Below are positions 1 through 6,669 of a stretch of 15,385 nucleotides of DNA, piece after piece. The translations under genes were made by a program, and so were the position numbers. Within the stretch, counting starts at the first letter, position 1. Every line of letters begins with the position of its first letter. The stretch is from a virus. The stretch lies in the IMG/VR virus record IMGVR_UViG_3300035152_000011. The stretch is one strand, 5' to 3'. The notes beneath the pieces are model-generated. The model worked only from the letters and a program-made list of their open reading frames with translations, did no database searches and was not told the origin of the DNA.

Positions 1-351
1 CAGCGAGTCGATCATGTTCGGGTTGTTCTCCATGCACAAATGGAAGTAGTCCACGATGTTGTAGATCGCCAGGTCGTACATCTTGCCGGCCTCGGGATCA
101 TCGACGTGGTGCTTCTGCCACTGGTTGAAGCGTTGCTTCTGGCGGCCGAAGCCGTCGATCTCGCCGCGCAGATGACGGAAGATTTCATCCTTGGGCGGGA
201 TACAGAACCCGTAGATGTCCACGTCGCTGGCGTCGGTCGAGACGCCGTAGGCGATAGAGCCCATCATCGTCTCGTAGTGGACGTTCGAGGGCAGAAACCC
301 GGGTGGCGTGATCAGTCCGCGTTCGGTGAGCCGTTGTACTGTGCTAGCCAT
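1..351 (-). CDS. nucleotidyltransferase, Pol-beta superfamily (RlaP/MNT-like), N-terminal ~117 aa only; gene continues beyond window start
   Basis: Minus-strand ATG at 351..349 (cat on plus). Not in the supplied ORF track because the ORF runs off the edge without a stop. Hand translation: MASTVQRLTERGLITPPGFLPSNVHYETMMGSIAYGVSTDASDVDIYGFCIPPKDEIFRHLRGEIDGFGRQKQRFNQWQKHHVDDPEAGKMYDLAIYNIVDYFHLCMENNPNMIDSL. GS-x9-SDVD is the canonical G[SG]...[DE]h[DE]h nucleotidyltransferase signature. Start overlaps the TAG stop (346..344) of the upstream gene by 8 nt. Confidence 0.7.
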   Translation of the reverse strand, partial: MASTVQRLTERGLITPPGFLPSNVHYETMMGSIAYGVSTDASDVDIYGFCIPPKDEIFRHLRGEIDGFGRQKQRFNQWQKHHVDDPEAGKMYDLAIYNIVDYFHLCMENNPNMIDSL

Positions 352-1237
352 CTTGCGGCTCCGTACCTGCAACCTCAGCGCGATCCTTAGATAGTTCATC
401 GCGGGCGCGTTCGACGACGGTCATATCTTGACGCAATACCGTCTCGTCAGTTGGAATCGCCACCTGAACTACGTATTTTCCCCACTCAAACCGGGTCTTC
501 CCCCGTAGATGCTGTCGCACGAATATGCGCGCATCTTCGTCATCCTTCCGCGACTTCCGGTAGTGGTCAGCTACCCAATGCACGAGCGGTGCCCGTCGTC
601 CACCAGCCGATTCTCGTTTACGGAACAGCTCGCGAATCCCGGTAGGATCGGTCGGCACACCGATACTGACGCCTTTCGGACGACCGACGATAGCACGCCA
701 CTGCATCGGGCGATCAAACTGTTGTGTGACAGCCGCGCCGAGTCGAAATCGCGTTTCCCCATCGGGGAATTGTGCCTCGACGTCTTTACCAAGCATCCCC
801 GGGCGGCTCGTATCTACGACGAGCATCCGCGTGCCCTTGACCGAAGCGTAGATGCGGCCCGACGTGAAAACACTCTGATGAGGAAATAGTCCGTGTGAAA
901 ACTCGACTATACGACCGCCGAAGATAGCGTGCCGAGGGCTGATGCGTCCTCTGGCAACGCGCGTTGAGACAGTGCGGATTCGCCAGAGGTACACTCCCTC
1001 TGAGCTATCAGTTAAGGACGACACGAACGAAGCGTCGAGCACGCCGTCAACGTCTGCAAGCGTCGCGGTAGGATCGTAAAGGCTGTCCTCGTTGCCAACG
1101 CTCAGCTTATGCGTAAGAACATCACAGTTGTGGAACGCCGAGGGTGGCACCTCTGCCGACTGTTTCTTGAATACCGCGGTGCGGGTCAAGACTCTGTCAA
1201 TCGCCGACGCTACTTTTTCCGCTTCGCTCATAGCCAT
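344..1237 (-). CDS. hypothetical protein, 297 aa
   Basis: Track ORF 344..1405 trimmed to ATG at 1237 (MAMSEAEKVASAIDRV...), which has AAAGGA 7 nt upstream. The first 56 codons of the track ORF are S/T/R-rich, look out-of-frame, and overlap a real-looking ORF in another frame. No motif I can name. The 3' end overlaps the NTase start. Confidence 0.65.
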   Translation of the reverse strand: MAMSEAEKVASAIDRVLTRTAVFKKQSAEVPPSAFHNCDVLTHKLSVGNEDSLYDPTATLADVDGVLDASFVSSLTDSSEGVYLWRIRTVSTRVARGRISPRHAIFGGRIVEFSHGLFPHQSVFTSGRIYASVKGTRMLVVDTSRPGMLGKDVEAQFPDGETRFRLGAAVTQQFDRPMQWRAIVGRPKGVSIGVPTDPTGIRELFRKRESAGGRRAPLVHWVADHYRKSRKDDEDARIFVRQHLRGKTRFEWGKYVVQVAIPTDETVLRQDMTVVERARDELSKDRAEVAGTEPQDG

Positions 1238-1448
1238 TTGCCAGTCCTTTCTCGGGGAACCAGTTCGGGTGGCAGCCGAAGCGCTTCTTTGCCTGGTCCT
1301 CGATCTTTTCCATCTCGGCGCAGACAATTCGCGGGTAGAGAGAGCCGACCATCTGCCCGAGCAGTTCCTTACGGACTTTGTACTGGTCGTAGAGCTGCTG
1401 CGCATTCCAGCTCGCGACCTCTCCGATCTTTTTCATTCGTCCATCCAT
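1197..1448 (-). CDS. hypothetical small protein, 83 aa (or 79 aa from MKKIGE)
   Basis: Hydrophilic, real-looking ORF (MDGRMKKIGEVASWNAQQLYDQYKVRKELLGQMVGSLYPRIVCAEMEKIEDQAKKRFGCHPNWFPEKGLANG...). Start lies 2 nt after the stop of the upstream 87-aa gene. C-terminus overlaps the next start (1237) by 41 nt. Confidence 0.5.
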   Translation of the reverse strand: MDGRMKKIGEVASWNAQQLYDQYKVRKELLGQMVGSLYPRIVCAEMEKIEDQAKKRFGCHPNWFPEKGLANGYERSGKSSVGD

Positions 1449-1450
1449 GC

Positions 1451-1714
1451 TCAGAGTCCTAACTTGTTGCGGACGTCGTTCTTGGTGTCCTCGATGCCCT
1501 TGTTGTAGTACCGCTCCGTCACGCGACGGATGAGGCAGTGCGCGACCCGCTGCAAGAAGTCCATGTCGCCTGTGTCACCGGCCGCGCGGATCTCGTAGAC
1601 GTAATCCTCGACGGTGTAATAGGAGTGAGGCTCAACGTTGTCGCCGAACATCGAGCTGCGACCGAATACACGCAGGCTGATAGCCTCCTTCGAGTAATAC
1701 TCTGGGTCGCTCAC
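1451..1714 (-). CDS. hypothetical protein, 87 aa
   Basis: GTG start at 1714 preceded by GAGGAGG with 7-nt spacer. GTGA start/stop overlap with the upstream gene. Tyr/Glu-rich, real-looking composition. Confidence 0.65.
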   Translation of the reverse strand: MSDPEYYSKEAISLRVFGRSSMFGDNVEPHSYYTVEDYVYEIRAAGDTGDMDFLQRVAHCLIRRVTERYYNKGIEDTKNDVRNKLGL

Positions 1715-2043
1715 AAGTCTTCCTCCTCACGAGAGTTGTCGAAGTGGAAATTCCCTGCGTAGTCGCGGATCGATGGCCGGCGTCCCCCGCCCATCTGGAC
1801 TCGCGCTTGCCGCAGGAGATTGTCCCCAGTGACATACACGCAGTCATGGCAGATGGTAAGGCGGTGCCCGCGGAACAGGACCGTGAACGTGCGAGCGCGG
1901 GCCGCAGCGCCAATACCCAACGGGCCGAAGCAAACAACACAGTGGAGAAGACCGTGTGCGTCGAACATCTGCTGGACGACGTGGAAAGCGCCCACGTCGC
2001 TGGCAGCTTTTGCTGCGTCGAGGATGTCACCGAGCTGACTCAT
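1711..2043 (-). CDS. hypothetical protein, 110 aa, Cys/His-containing (possible zinc binding)
   Basis: ATG at 2043; ATGA overlap with the upstream stop (2040..2042). Contains HCVVC...CHDC. Confidence 0.6.
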   Translation of the reverse strand: MSQLGDILDAAKAASDVGAFHVVQQMFDAHGLLHCVVCFGPLGIGAAARARTFTVLFRGHRLTICHDCVYVTGDNLLRQARVQMGGGRRPSIRDYAGNFHFDNSREEEDL

Positions 2044-2513
2044 TCATACTGCCCGACGACTGTCTCGACGGTCGTCCGCTCTACACAACGGATGCCTACG
2101 AACGGGATCGACCCGTCGCGGGACTTCGCGCAGAACGTCTTGGCCCGAGCGATGATGAGATCCATGATCTCGGCCGGGGGCCACTCGTTAACGACCATCG
2201 CGACCGAGAGATAGGCTGGATACTTCGGATCGGTGTTTGGGTTCTTGAGCCTCCGGTGCGCTCCCATTCCGTTGTTGTACCAGCCTGGTGTCGGCGCGAG
2301 ACTTGCCGGTCGGAGGCAGCCGTGCTCGTCGGCGGTGTGCTCGACGTGGTTCTCGAACCAGGTCAGCACTTCGGGTGGCAGCTCAGATGCAGCGGCCTGC
2401 GCGGCCTCGTAGCCGACGTTGCACTCACCGACCTGGCCAGTGACGTAGGCGACCAGCTCGCGCTCGAAGTTGCCTGCGTACGCAGTCGTGTCGATGATGA
2501 TGACCTTGGTCAT
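2040..2513 (-). CDS. hypothetical protein, 157 aa
   Basis: Track ORF 2040..2555 trimmed to ATG at 2513 (MTKVIIIDTTAYAGNFERE...) with GAGGA upstream. This ATG overlaps (ATGA) the stop of a 58-aa ORF that I found by hand. Confidence 0.65.
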   Translation of the reverse strand: MTKVIIIDTTAYAGNFERELVAYVTGQVGECNVGYEAAQAAASELPPEVLTWFENHVEHTADEHGCLRPASLAPTPGWYNNGMGAHRRLKNPNTDPKYPAYLSVAMVVNEWPPAEIMDLIIARAKTFCAKSRDGSIPFVGIRCVERTTVETVVGQYE

Positions 2514-2686
2514 GGAATCCTCATCGGGTCGATGGGTTTGCCAGAGCCCTGACACGTCTCGGCCGTGTAACTCTTACGTCCCGTCTTGATGATGATCGGG
2601 TGCTCGACGAAGCGGCCATCCTCGGTGCGTGTCAACTCCTTGCACCAAGGGCATTTCCGCAAGATCGACGTGGGGCCGGTGCTCAT
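2510..2686 (-). CDS. small CxxC protein, 58 aa (absent from supplied track, below its length cut-off)
   Basis: Hand translation of minus strand: MSTGPTSILRKCPWCKELTRTEDGRFVEHPIIIKTGRKSYTAETCQGSGKPIDPMRIP. GC3 about 79%. Its ATG (2686..2684) overlaps the TGA stop of the upstream 305-aa gene, and its TGA overlaps the ATG of the downstream gene (ATGA at both ends). It fills an otherwise unexplained 170-nt gap. Confidence 0.55.
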   Translation of the reverse strand: MSTGPTSILRKCPWCKELTRTEDGRFVEHPIIIKTGRKSYTAETCQGSGKPIDPMRIP

Positions 2687-3600
2687 TCCTCAGTCTCGTG
2701 AAGAATGCGGTTGACGGCGCGACGGACCGCGACCGACACAACCTCATCGGGCTCCTCGTAGGTAACGCACATCCCGGGCTCCTGATAGACGACCACGCCG
2801 TCGGTGTCGTAGATATCACCGTCGTAGAAGATGTCGCCCGGGAACGAACGCAGGAACCGCTCACCGCCCGGGATTTGGAGGTAGATGTGCAGCGCGAGCA
2901 TCTCCTCCGCGGCCGGGATGTCCCAGTCGTGGGTGCAGATCGACCGCGAGTCGTCCACGTCGTAGAGCACCGAACGCCGCAGTGCCAACTCGTCGTTCGC
3001 GTGCCGGCTAGTGATGAGATACCGGTGGCCCGTCGTCTGGCCCAGACTGAGGAAGCGGTTGTAGCACCGGAAGTCTTCGAGCTGGCCCGCGTCGAGGAAC
3101 GCGGTCAGGACACGTCGGGCCTGAATCTCAGCACTATCGAAGTCCGGGAACGGGCATCCACGCGTCGGCGCGGCCACGCTGGTCGCGGCCTTCGGCTTCT
3201 TCGCCGGGATGATCTTGTCCGGCGTCACAGCTTCCCGATATGGGCCGCCGTTGGCCTCATCCTTGGTCCACGCGTCCTCGAAGTCCGCAGTGCGGATCTC
3301 CTCGATGCTGCCGTCAGCGAACTTGACTGCGGAAACGACCTTACGCTCCGGTTTCAGGAAGCGTGCAATGACGCCGGCAACCTTGTCGATGGGCGCTCCC
3401 ACTTTCGTCGTGCCCGTCCAGTCCAGGTTCTCCTTCGCAGCAAGCCAGCCCTTCTTCGTGGCCGTCTTGCGCAGCCGATCCAACGCCGCCGTTTCCTGGG
3501 CGCTCAGATTCTCCGCGGTCACCTTGCAGCTCTCCGGGCCGGTCGGCACTACCTTGATGTCCCCGTAGAAGCTCGGGATGTACCAGATTGGGATCTGCAT
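2683..3600 (-). CDS. hypothetical protein, 305 aa
   Basis: ATG at 3600 preceded by AAAGGAGGAG with 4-nt spacer, a very strong SD. In-frame TAA just upstream. High GC3 throughout. No motif recognised. Confidence 0.75.
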   Translation of the reverse strand: MQIPIWYIPSFYGDIKVVPTGPESCKVTAENLSAQETAALDRLRKTATKKGWLAAKENLDWTGTTKVGAPIDKVAGVIARFLKPERKVVSAVKFADGSIEEIRTADFEDAWTKDEANGGPYREAVTPDKIIPAKKPKAATSVAAPTRGCPFPDFDSAEIQARRVLTAFLDAGQLEDFRCYNRFLSLGQTTGHRYLITSRHANDELALRRSVLYDVDDSRSICTHDWDIPAAEEMLALHIYLQIPGGERFLRSFPGDIFYDGDIYDTDGVVVYQEPGMCVTYEEPDEVVSVAVRRAVNRILHETEE

Positions 3601-4045
3601 GCTGCTCCTCCTTTAGATCAGCGATCAGTTTCGAGATTCGCTCATCGACCACCGTACTGTCCTGTTCGGCTGCGATGATTCGTTCACGCAGGTCGAAGAG
3701 CTTGTTCAGCCGCGTTTCCTGCTCGCGCTCCATGTAGATACGGATGATCGGATGGAACGCGCCGACTACCTCGCGGATGACATCGTTTTGGTGAGGGACC
3801 CGCCCACCCAGACCACCGGCGTTCAGGATGTAACCACCTTCCGGGTCGTCATCGACGTGCACGATGCCTGGCTCACGGCCGATCTTCATTTCGCCGACGC
3901 GCATCGCAGTTTGCTGGTGCAACTGGTGCGCGAGCTTGGCAATGCGGACGATACGCTCGAAGCGCAGCCGGTCGTCGCTGTCGAGCAGGTCGCGGATGAT
4001 CTCAGCGTAGCCGCTGAGGATATTGTCGATCAGCTCAGTCTTCAT
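3341..4045 (-). CDS. hypothetical protein. Start ATG 4045. The frame has no stop until 3341, about 260 nt inside the downstream gene, so the true C-terminus is uncertain
   Basis: Track ORF 3341..4072 (TTG at 4072, no SD) trimmed to ATG 4045 (MKTELIDNILSGYAEIIRDLL...). The sequence looks real through ...ISKLIADLKEEQHADPN at about 3600. After that the translation turns G/R/E-rich, as expected for the +1 frame of a strongly coding gene. See findings. Confidence 0.5.
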   Translation of the reverse strand: MKTELIDNILSGYAEIIRDLLDSDDRLRFERIVRIAKLAHQLHQQTAMRVGEMKIGREPGIVHVDDDPEGGYILNAGGLGGRVPHQNDVIREVVGAFHPIIRIYMEREQETRLNKLFDLRERIIAAEQDSTVVDERISKLIADLKEEQHADPNLVHPELLRGHQGSADRPGELQGDRGESERPGNGGVGSAAQDGHEEGLACCEGEPGLDGHDESGSAHRQGCRRHCTLPETGA

Positions 4046-4220
4046 CCGGCTTGTCCTGGGTAAACACCTCAATGCCGAGCGCTTCGAGCGCGTTCACGAG
4101 CTGGGTGTCCGCGCCCTCGCCAGAGAGCTGGTCACAGGCCTCTCGCCAGTTCTCGGCCGGCACGAGGTAGGGGATTTGGGTCTCGTCATCCATCTCGAAC
4201 AGCAGTAGCTTGTTGGGCAT
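4035..4220 (-). CDS. small highly acidic protein, 61 aa
   Basis: ATG 4220 with AGGAG 7 nt upstream. MPNKLLLFEMDDETQIPYLVPAENWREACDQLSGEGADTQLVNALEALGIEVFTQDKPDED has about 16 acidic and 3 basic residues. Overlaps the downstream start by 11 nt. Confidence 0.6.
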   Translation of the reverse strand: MPNKLLLFEMDDETQIPYLVPAENWREACDQLSGEGADTQLVNALEALGIEVFTQDKPDED

Positions 4221-4229
4221 GTCGTTCTC

Positions 4230-4508
4230 CTAGTCGGTTCGGGGTTTGTCGTCATCGAACACGGGAAACAGCTCGAAGGCGTCCACACCGTGCTCCATCA
4301 CTTCGATGCTGTCGGCTTTGACCAGCTCGGAGATCGGGTGTGGCGAGCCCATGATCTCTCGACCATTCGCGTTGAATGCACACCAGCTCCAAGCGCCGGC
4401 TGCGCGCTGCCAGTGGCCCGGGTAGAGCCGTCGGTAATCGACGTCGTCCGGGATGTCCAGGCCGAGCTGGCGGATACGCTCAGTGAGCTTTTGTTGGAGT
4501 TTCGTCAC
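4230..4508 (-). CDS. hypothetical protein, about 92 aa; start uncertain
   Basis: The track ORF 4230..4679 overlaps the real-looking upstream gene (ending 4480) for 200 nt. The most plausible start is GTG 4508 (VTKLQQKLTERIRQLGLDIPDD...) with AGAGG upstream. Alternatives: upstream M at about 4622. Confidence 0.45.
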   Translation of the reverse strand: MTKLQQKLTERIRQLGLDIPDDVDYRRLYPGHWQRAAGAWSWCAFNANGREIMGSPHPISELVKADSIEVMEHGVDAFELFPVFDDDKPRTD

Positions 4509-4851
4509 CTGACCTCTGGTAGCGGAGTCTATGGGTTGCGACCACGTTGCCGGCGTGCATACACGGCGTACCGACTGGAGCACCGCACGCAGGGCATTCG
4601 ATTGCGTACGCCCGGCGCTCATCTTCACCGGCAAGCTCGACCGGCACACCGCCAGGGTGTTTGGGGCAGTAGACGCCACCGACGTAGCCGGTTGTCCAGC
4701 GCGGCGGCATCTTCATGAGGACGCCCTTGACCGTCGTCGGCGTCCCATACTCGTTGATGTCCGGGCCTGGGCGCAGCTCGACCTCGATCTGGTCTTCAGC
4801 GCTACAGCCGAGGAAATCACATCGCGCGGTCATCGTGCAGACTAGCGGCAT
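4480..4851 (-). CDS. Cys-rich putative zinc-binding protein, 123 aa
   Basis: ATG 4851 with GAGGAGG at 7-nt spacing. Seven Cys including CPACGAPVGTPC. Confidence 0.7.
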   Translation of the reverse strand: MPLVCTMTARCDFLGCSAEDQIEVELRPGPDINEYGTPTTVKGVLMKMPPRWTTGYVGGVYCPKHPGGVPVELAGEDERRAYAIECPACGAPVGTPCMHAGNVVATHRLRYQRSGDETPTKAH

Positions 4852-5044
4852 GAGCTACCTCCTCTTGTTTGCGGGATGCTTCGACGAACGCGGGACCACC
4901 AGCTCGATGGCGCCTGTCTTTGCCGAAACGGACGTACTTGTACCAGCGCTGCTGGCCGTCAGCGTAGACGTGATAGTGGACTCCGTTCGCGTCGCTGTGG
5001 GTGCGCATGGACACTCTGGCCGAGATCGCGTAGTCGATGTCCAT
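4817..5044 (-). CDS. hypothetical protein, 75 aa
   Basis: ATG 5044 with GAGGAA upstream. TGATG 1-nt overlap with the upstream stop. Overlaps the downstream start by 35 nt. Confidence 0.55.
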   Translation of the reverse strand: MDIDYAISARVSMRTHSDANGVHYHVYADGQQRWYKYVRFGKDRRHRAGGPAFVEASRKQEEVAHAASLHDDRAM

Positions 5045-5511
5045 CAGTTCGCTTCCTCGATCCAGTTCCAGTGCACGGGTCGCATCTCCTGGAGCAGCTC
5101 CGGGTTCTCGACGAGCTTCCGGCCTTCACCGCCAGGTTCGATGAAGGGTTCCTTCGGCGCACCGAGATACGCCGCCATCGTCTGGAGCCAACGGCGATCC
5201 GACTCGTTGGGCATTCGGCCCTGCGGGAACGGGCTGGCAGAGAGATGCCAGTGGATTGTTCCGTCGCGCTCCTCGTACCGAGACATGATAAAGAACCAGC
5301 CGCGTACGACGTGTGCTGCCTGCGTCGTCTGCATCGCGGCCGCCTTCTCGGGCTTGACGCGAAGGCTGAGCCGACCGTCGGCCATCGGCGTCACGTCATA
5401 GCCGTCCAGAATCTTGTCGAGGCTGCGGAGCTTACGTGCCGACGAGCGGTCGGTCTTCATCGCGGCCTCGGCCTTCAGGTCGTCGAGAGCTGTCTGCCAT
5501 CGTTTAGTCAT
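5044..5511 (-). CDS. hypothetical protein, 155 aa
   Basis: ATG 5511. Real-looking composition (MTKRWQTALDDLKAEAAMKTDRSSARKL...HWNWIEEAN). 8-nt overlap with upstream stop. Confidence 0.7.
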   Translation of the reverse strand: MTKRWQTALDDLKAEAAMKTDRSSARKLRSLDKILDGYDVTPMADGRLSLRVKPEKAAAMQTTQAAHVVRGWFFIMSRYEERDGTIHWHLSASPFPQGRMPNESDRRWLQTMAAYLGAPKEPFIEPGGEGRKLVENPELLQEMRPVHWNWIEEAN

Positions 5512-5812
5512 CGAGCTTGTGCTCCTGGGCCTTCAGAAATTCGCGCTCTAGGCCGACAGTCGCAGCGGCCTCGAACGCAGCTCGAAACTCCGGGTCACGG
5601 GCAGCGCGACGGAGCGCGCGACGTAACAACCCCCGCCAGTTCTTATCGCAGCGGCGGAGATGGTTGAGGTAGAAGGTGCGTGCCCAGGTCGGCACGCGAT
5701 AGATGTAGTCGCAGCGCTCACGATCCCACGAACGCTTCATGCGGACACCGTGATCGTGGAGGAGCGCCGCGATCTCCGGCGACGTCTCCTGCCAGTCCGC
5801 AGTTGGCCTCAC
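5504..5812 (-). CDS. hypothetical protein, 102 aa
   Basis: GTG 5812 in a GTGA overlap with the upstream stop. GGAGG upstream. Confidence 0.6.
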   Translation of the reverse strand: MRPTADWQETSPEIAALLHDHGVRMKRSWDRERCDYIYRVPTWARTFYLNHLRRCDKNWRGLLRRALRRAARDPEFRAAFEAAATVGLEREFLKAQEHKLDD

Positions 5813-6198
5813 CGCTCCTCCAGGACGTCGAGAATGTCACGGGCCAGCTCACCGTCGGCGCCAAACGGATCGTGCTCACGCGCGAGCCGCTCGATGCGCA
5901 ATAGCGCCTCCGCGAAGCGCGACGTTCGGATGGCCGGATCACCGTCTTCTTCGCCTTTGACGACACGACGGGCAGCGCCAAGCAATGACCGGCAGTAGTG
6001 ATCGACCAGGCAGTCATTCCACGTTTCGCCGCAGTGCGGGCAGGTCTTCGTCTGGTTCAGGAATTCGTGCGCGTAACGATCCCAGCCGCAAATGCTGCAC
6101 TTGGCCTCACCGAGCCCGAAGACGTGGTAGTTGTAGCCACGGCACAGCGGGATCGTAGCTGTGATCGGGACGCGTTCCTGTCTCGGCTTACCACCCAT
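5809..6198 (-). CDS. zinc-finger protein, 129 aa (CSIC...CPHC)
   Basis: ATG 6198 with GAGAGGTGA upstream. Two CxxC pairs (CSICGW...CPHCGETW) suggest a zinc ribbon. Confidence 0.7.
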   Translation of the reverse strand: MGGKPRQERVPITATIPLCRGYNYHVFGLGEAKCSICGWDRYAHEFLNQTKTCPHCGETWNDCLVDHYCRSLLGAARRVVKGEEDGDPAIRTSRFAEALLRIERLAREHDPFGADGELARDILDVLEER

Positions 6199-6407
6199 CA
6201 GTCACCTCTCGTGTCCCTCGTGCAGTTGCACTGACGAAGCGCCAGGTAGGCGTGCTTCAACCGCAGGCCGTCCTTGTTAAGCGCCGCATCGGGTTCCAGC
6301 GCCAGGTACTTCAGGTTGGGTCGATGGATCGCTTCGAGCGCGTCGAGAAACTCGCGTACGACCACGCTCCGAATCGCCGGCAGGCCATCGACGTTCAGCT
6401 CAGGCAT
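6198..6407 (-). CDS. hypothetical protein, 69 aa
   Basis: Track ORF 6198..6452 trimmed to ATG 6407 (MPELNVDGLPAIRS...). This ATG overlaps (TGATG) the stop of the upstream HTH gene. Confidence 0.5.
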   Translation of the reverse strand: MPELNVDGLPAIRSVVVREFLDALEAIHRPNLKYLALEPDAALNKDGLRLKHAYLALRQCNCTRDTRGD

Positions 6408-6592
6408 CACCACGGCCTCCCCCGCTTGCGGATCACACCCGCATCGCGGCAAATCTGACAGATACGCTCCTTGCTAAGCCCAAACGCTTCGGCCAACTCG
6501 GCGGCTGACGCGCCGGCCACGTAACGCTCGACGATCTTCTCGTTGCGCTCGGGCCGGCTGCGCCAACCGACCTTCCTCCCCCGCTTTGCCAT
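6407..6592 (-). CDS. helix-turn-helix DNA-binding protein, 61 aa
   Basis: Track ORF 6407..6673 trimmed to ATG 6592 (MAKRGRKVGWRSRPERNEKIVERYVAGASAAELAEAFGLSKERICQICRDAGVIRKRGRPW) with GGAGAA 7 nt upstream. The segment SAAELAEAFGLSKERICQI is a classic HTH. Basic N- and C-terminal tails. First gene after a 77-nt gap. Confidence 0.7.
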   Translation of the reverse strand: MAKRGRKVGWRSRPERNEKIVERYVAGASAAELAEAFGLSKERICQICRDAGVIRKRGRPW

Positions 6593-6669
6593 CGTTGTTC
6601 TCCAAGGAAACCAGGGCATGTACCGCATGCTCAGGTTCTCACGCCAGTGTACGGGCACGACGAGTTGAA
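6593..6669 (-). promoter_or_regulatory. 77-nt intergenic gap between ARH stop and HTH gene start; candidate terminator/promoter boundary
   Basis: One of only three non-coding gaps. Contains the short inverted repeat GCATG-n5-CATGC (about 6617..6631) and the RBS for the HTH gene. I could not assign a clean -35/-10. Confidence 0.3.

Noticed and set aside
40-390. 116-aa plus-strand ORF at the left edge
   Set aside because: Antisense to the nucleotidyltransferase N-terminus, which carries a clear GS...DxD motif. V/L/D/A-rich shadow ORF.
2574-2864. 96-aa minus-strand ORF
   Set aside because: S/T/R-rich out-of-frame translation overlapping the 305-aa gene. The gap it partly covers is better explained by the 58-aa CxxC ORF at 2510-2686.
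2629-3678. 349-aa plus-strand ORF
   Set aside because: V/R/L/D-rich composition typical of the antisense frame of high-GC genes. It completely overlaps strongly coding minus-strand genes with excellent SDs.
4876-5667. 263-aa plus-strand ORF and other plus-strand ORFs of 100-230 aa (e.g. 4715-5401, 1956-2552, 8470-9198, 14794-15384)
   Set aside because: All are R/S/A/G-rich, lack SDs and are antisense to coherent minus-strand genes linked by stop/start overlaps. I judged them non-coding.
6593-6669. Clean sigma70-type promoter for the HTH gene
   Set aside because: The only -10-like hexamer (TACACT) has no properly spaced -35. The promoter may lie within the end of the ARH gene, or the unit may be read through. 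Left as an unassigned regulatory gap.
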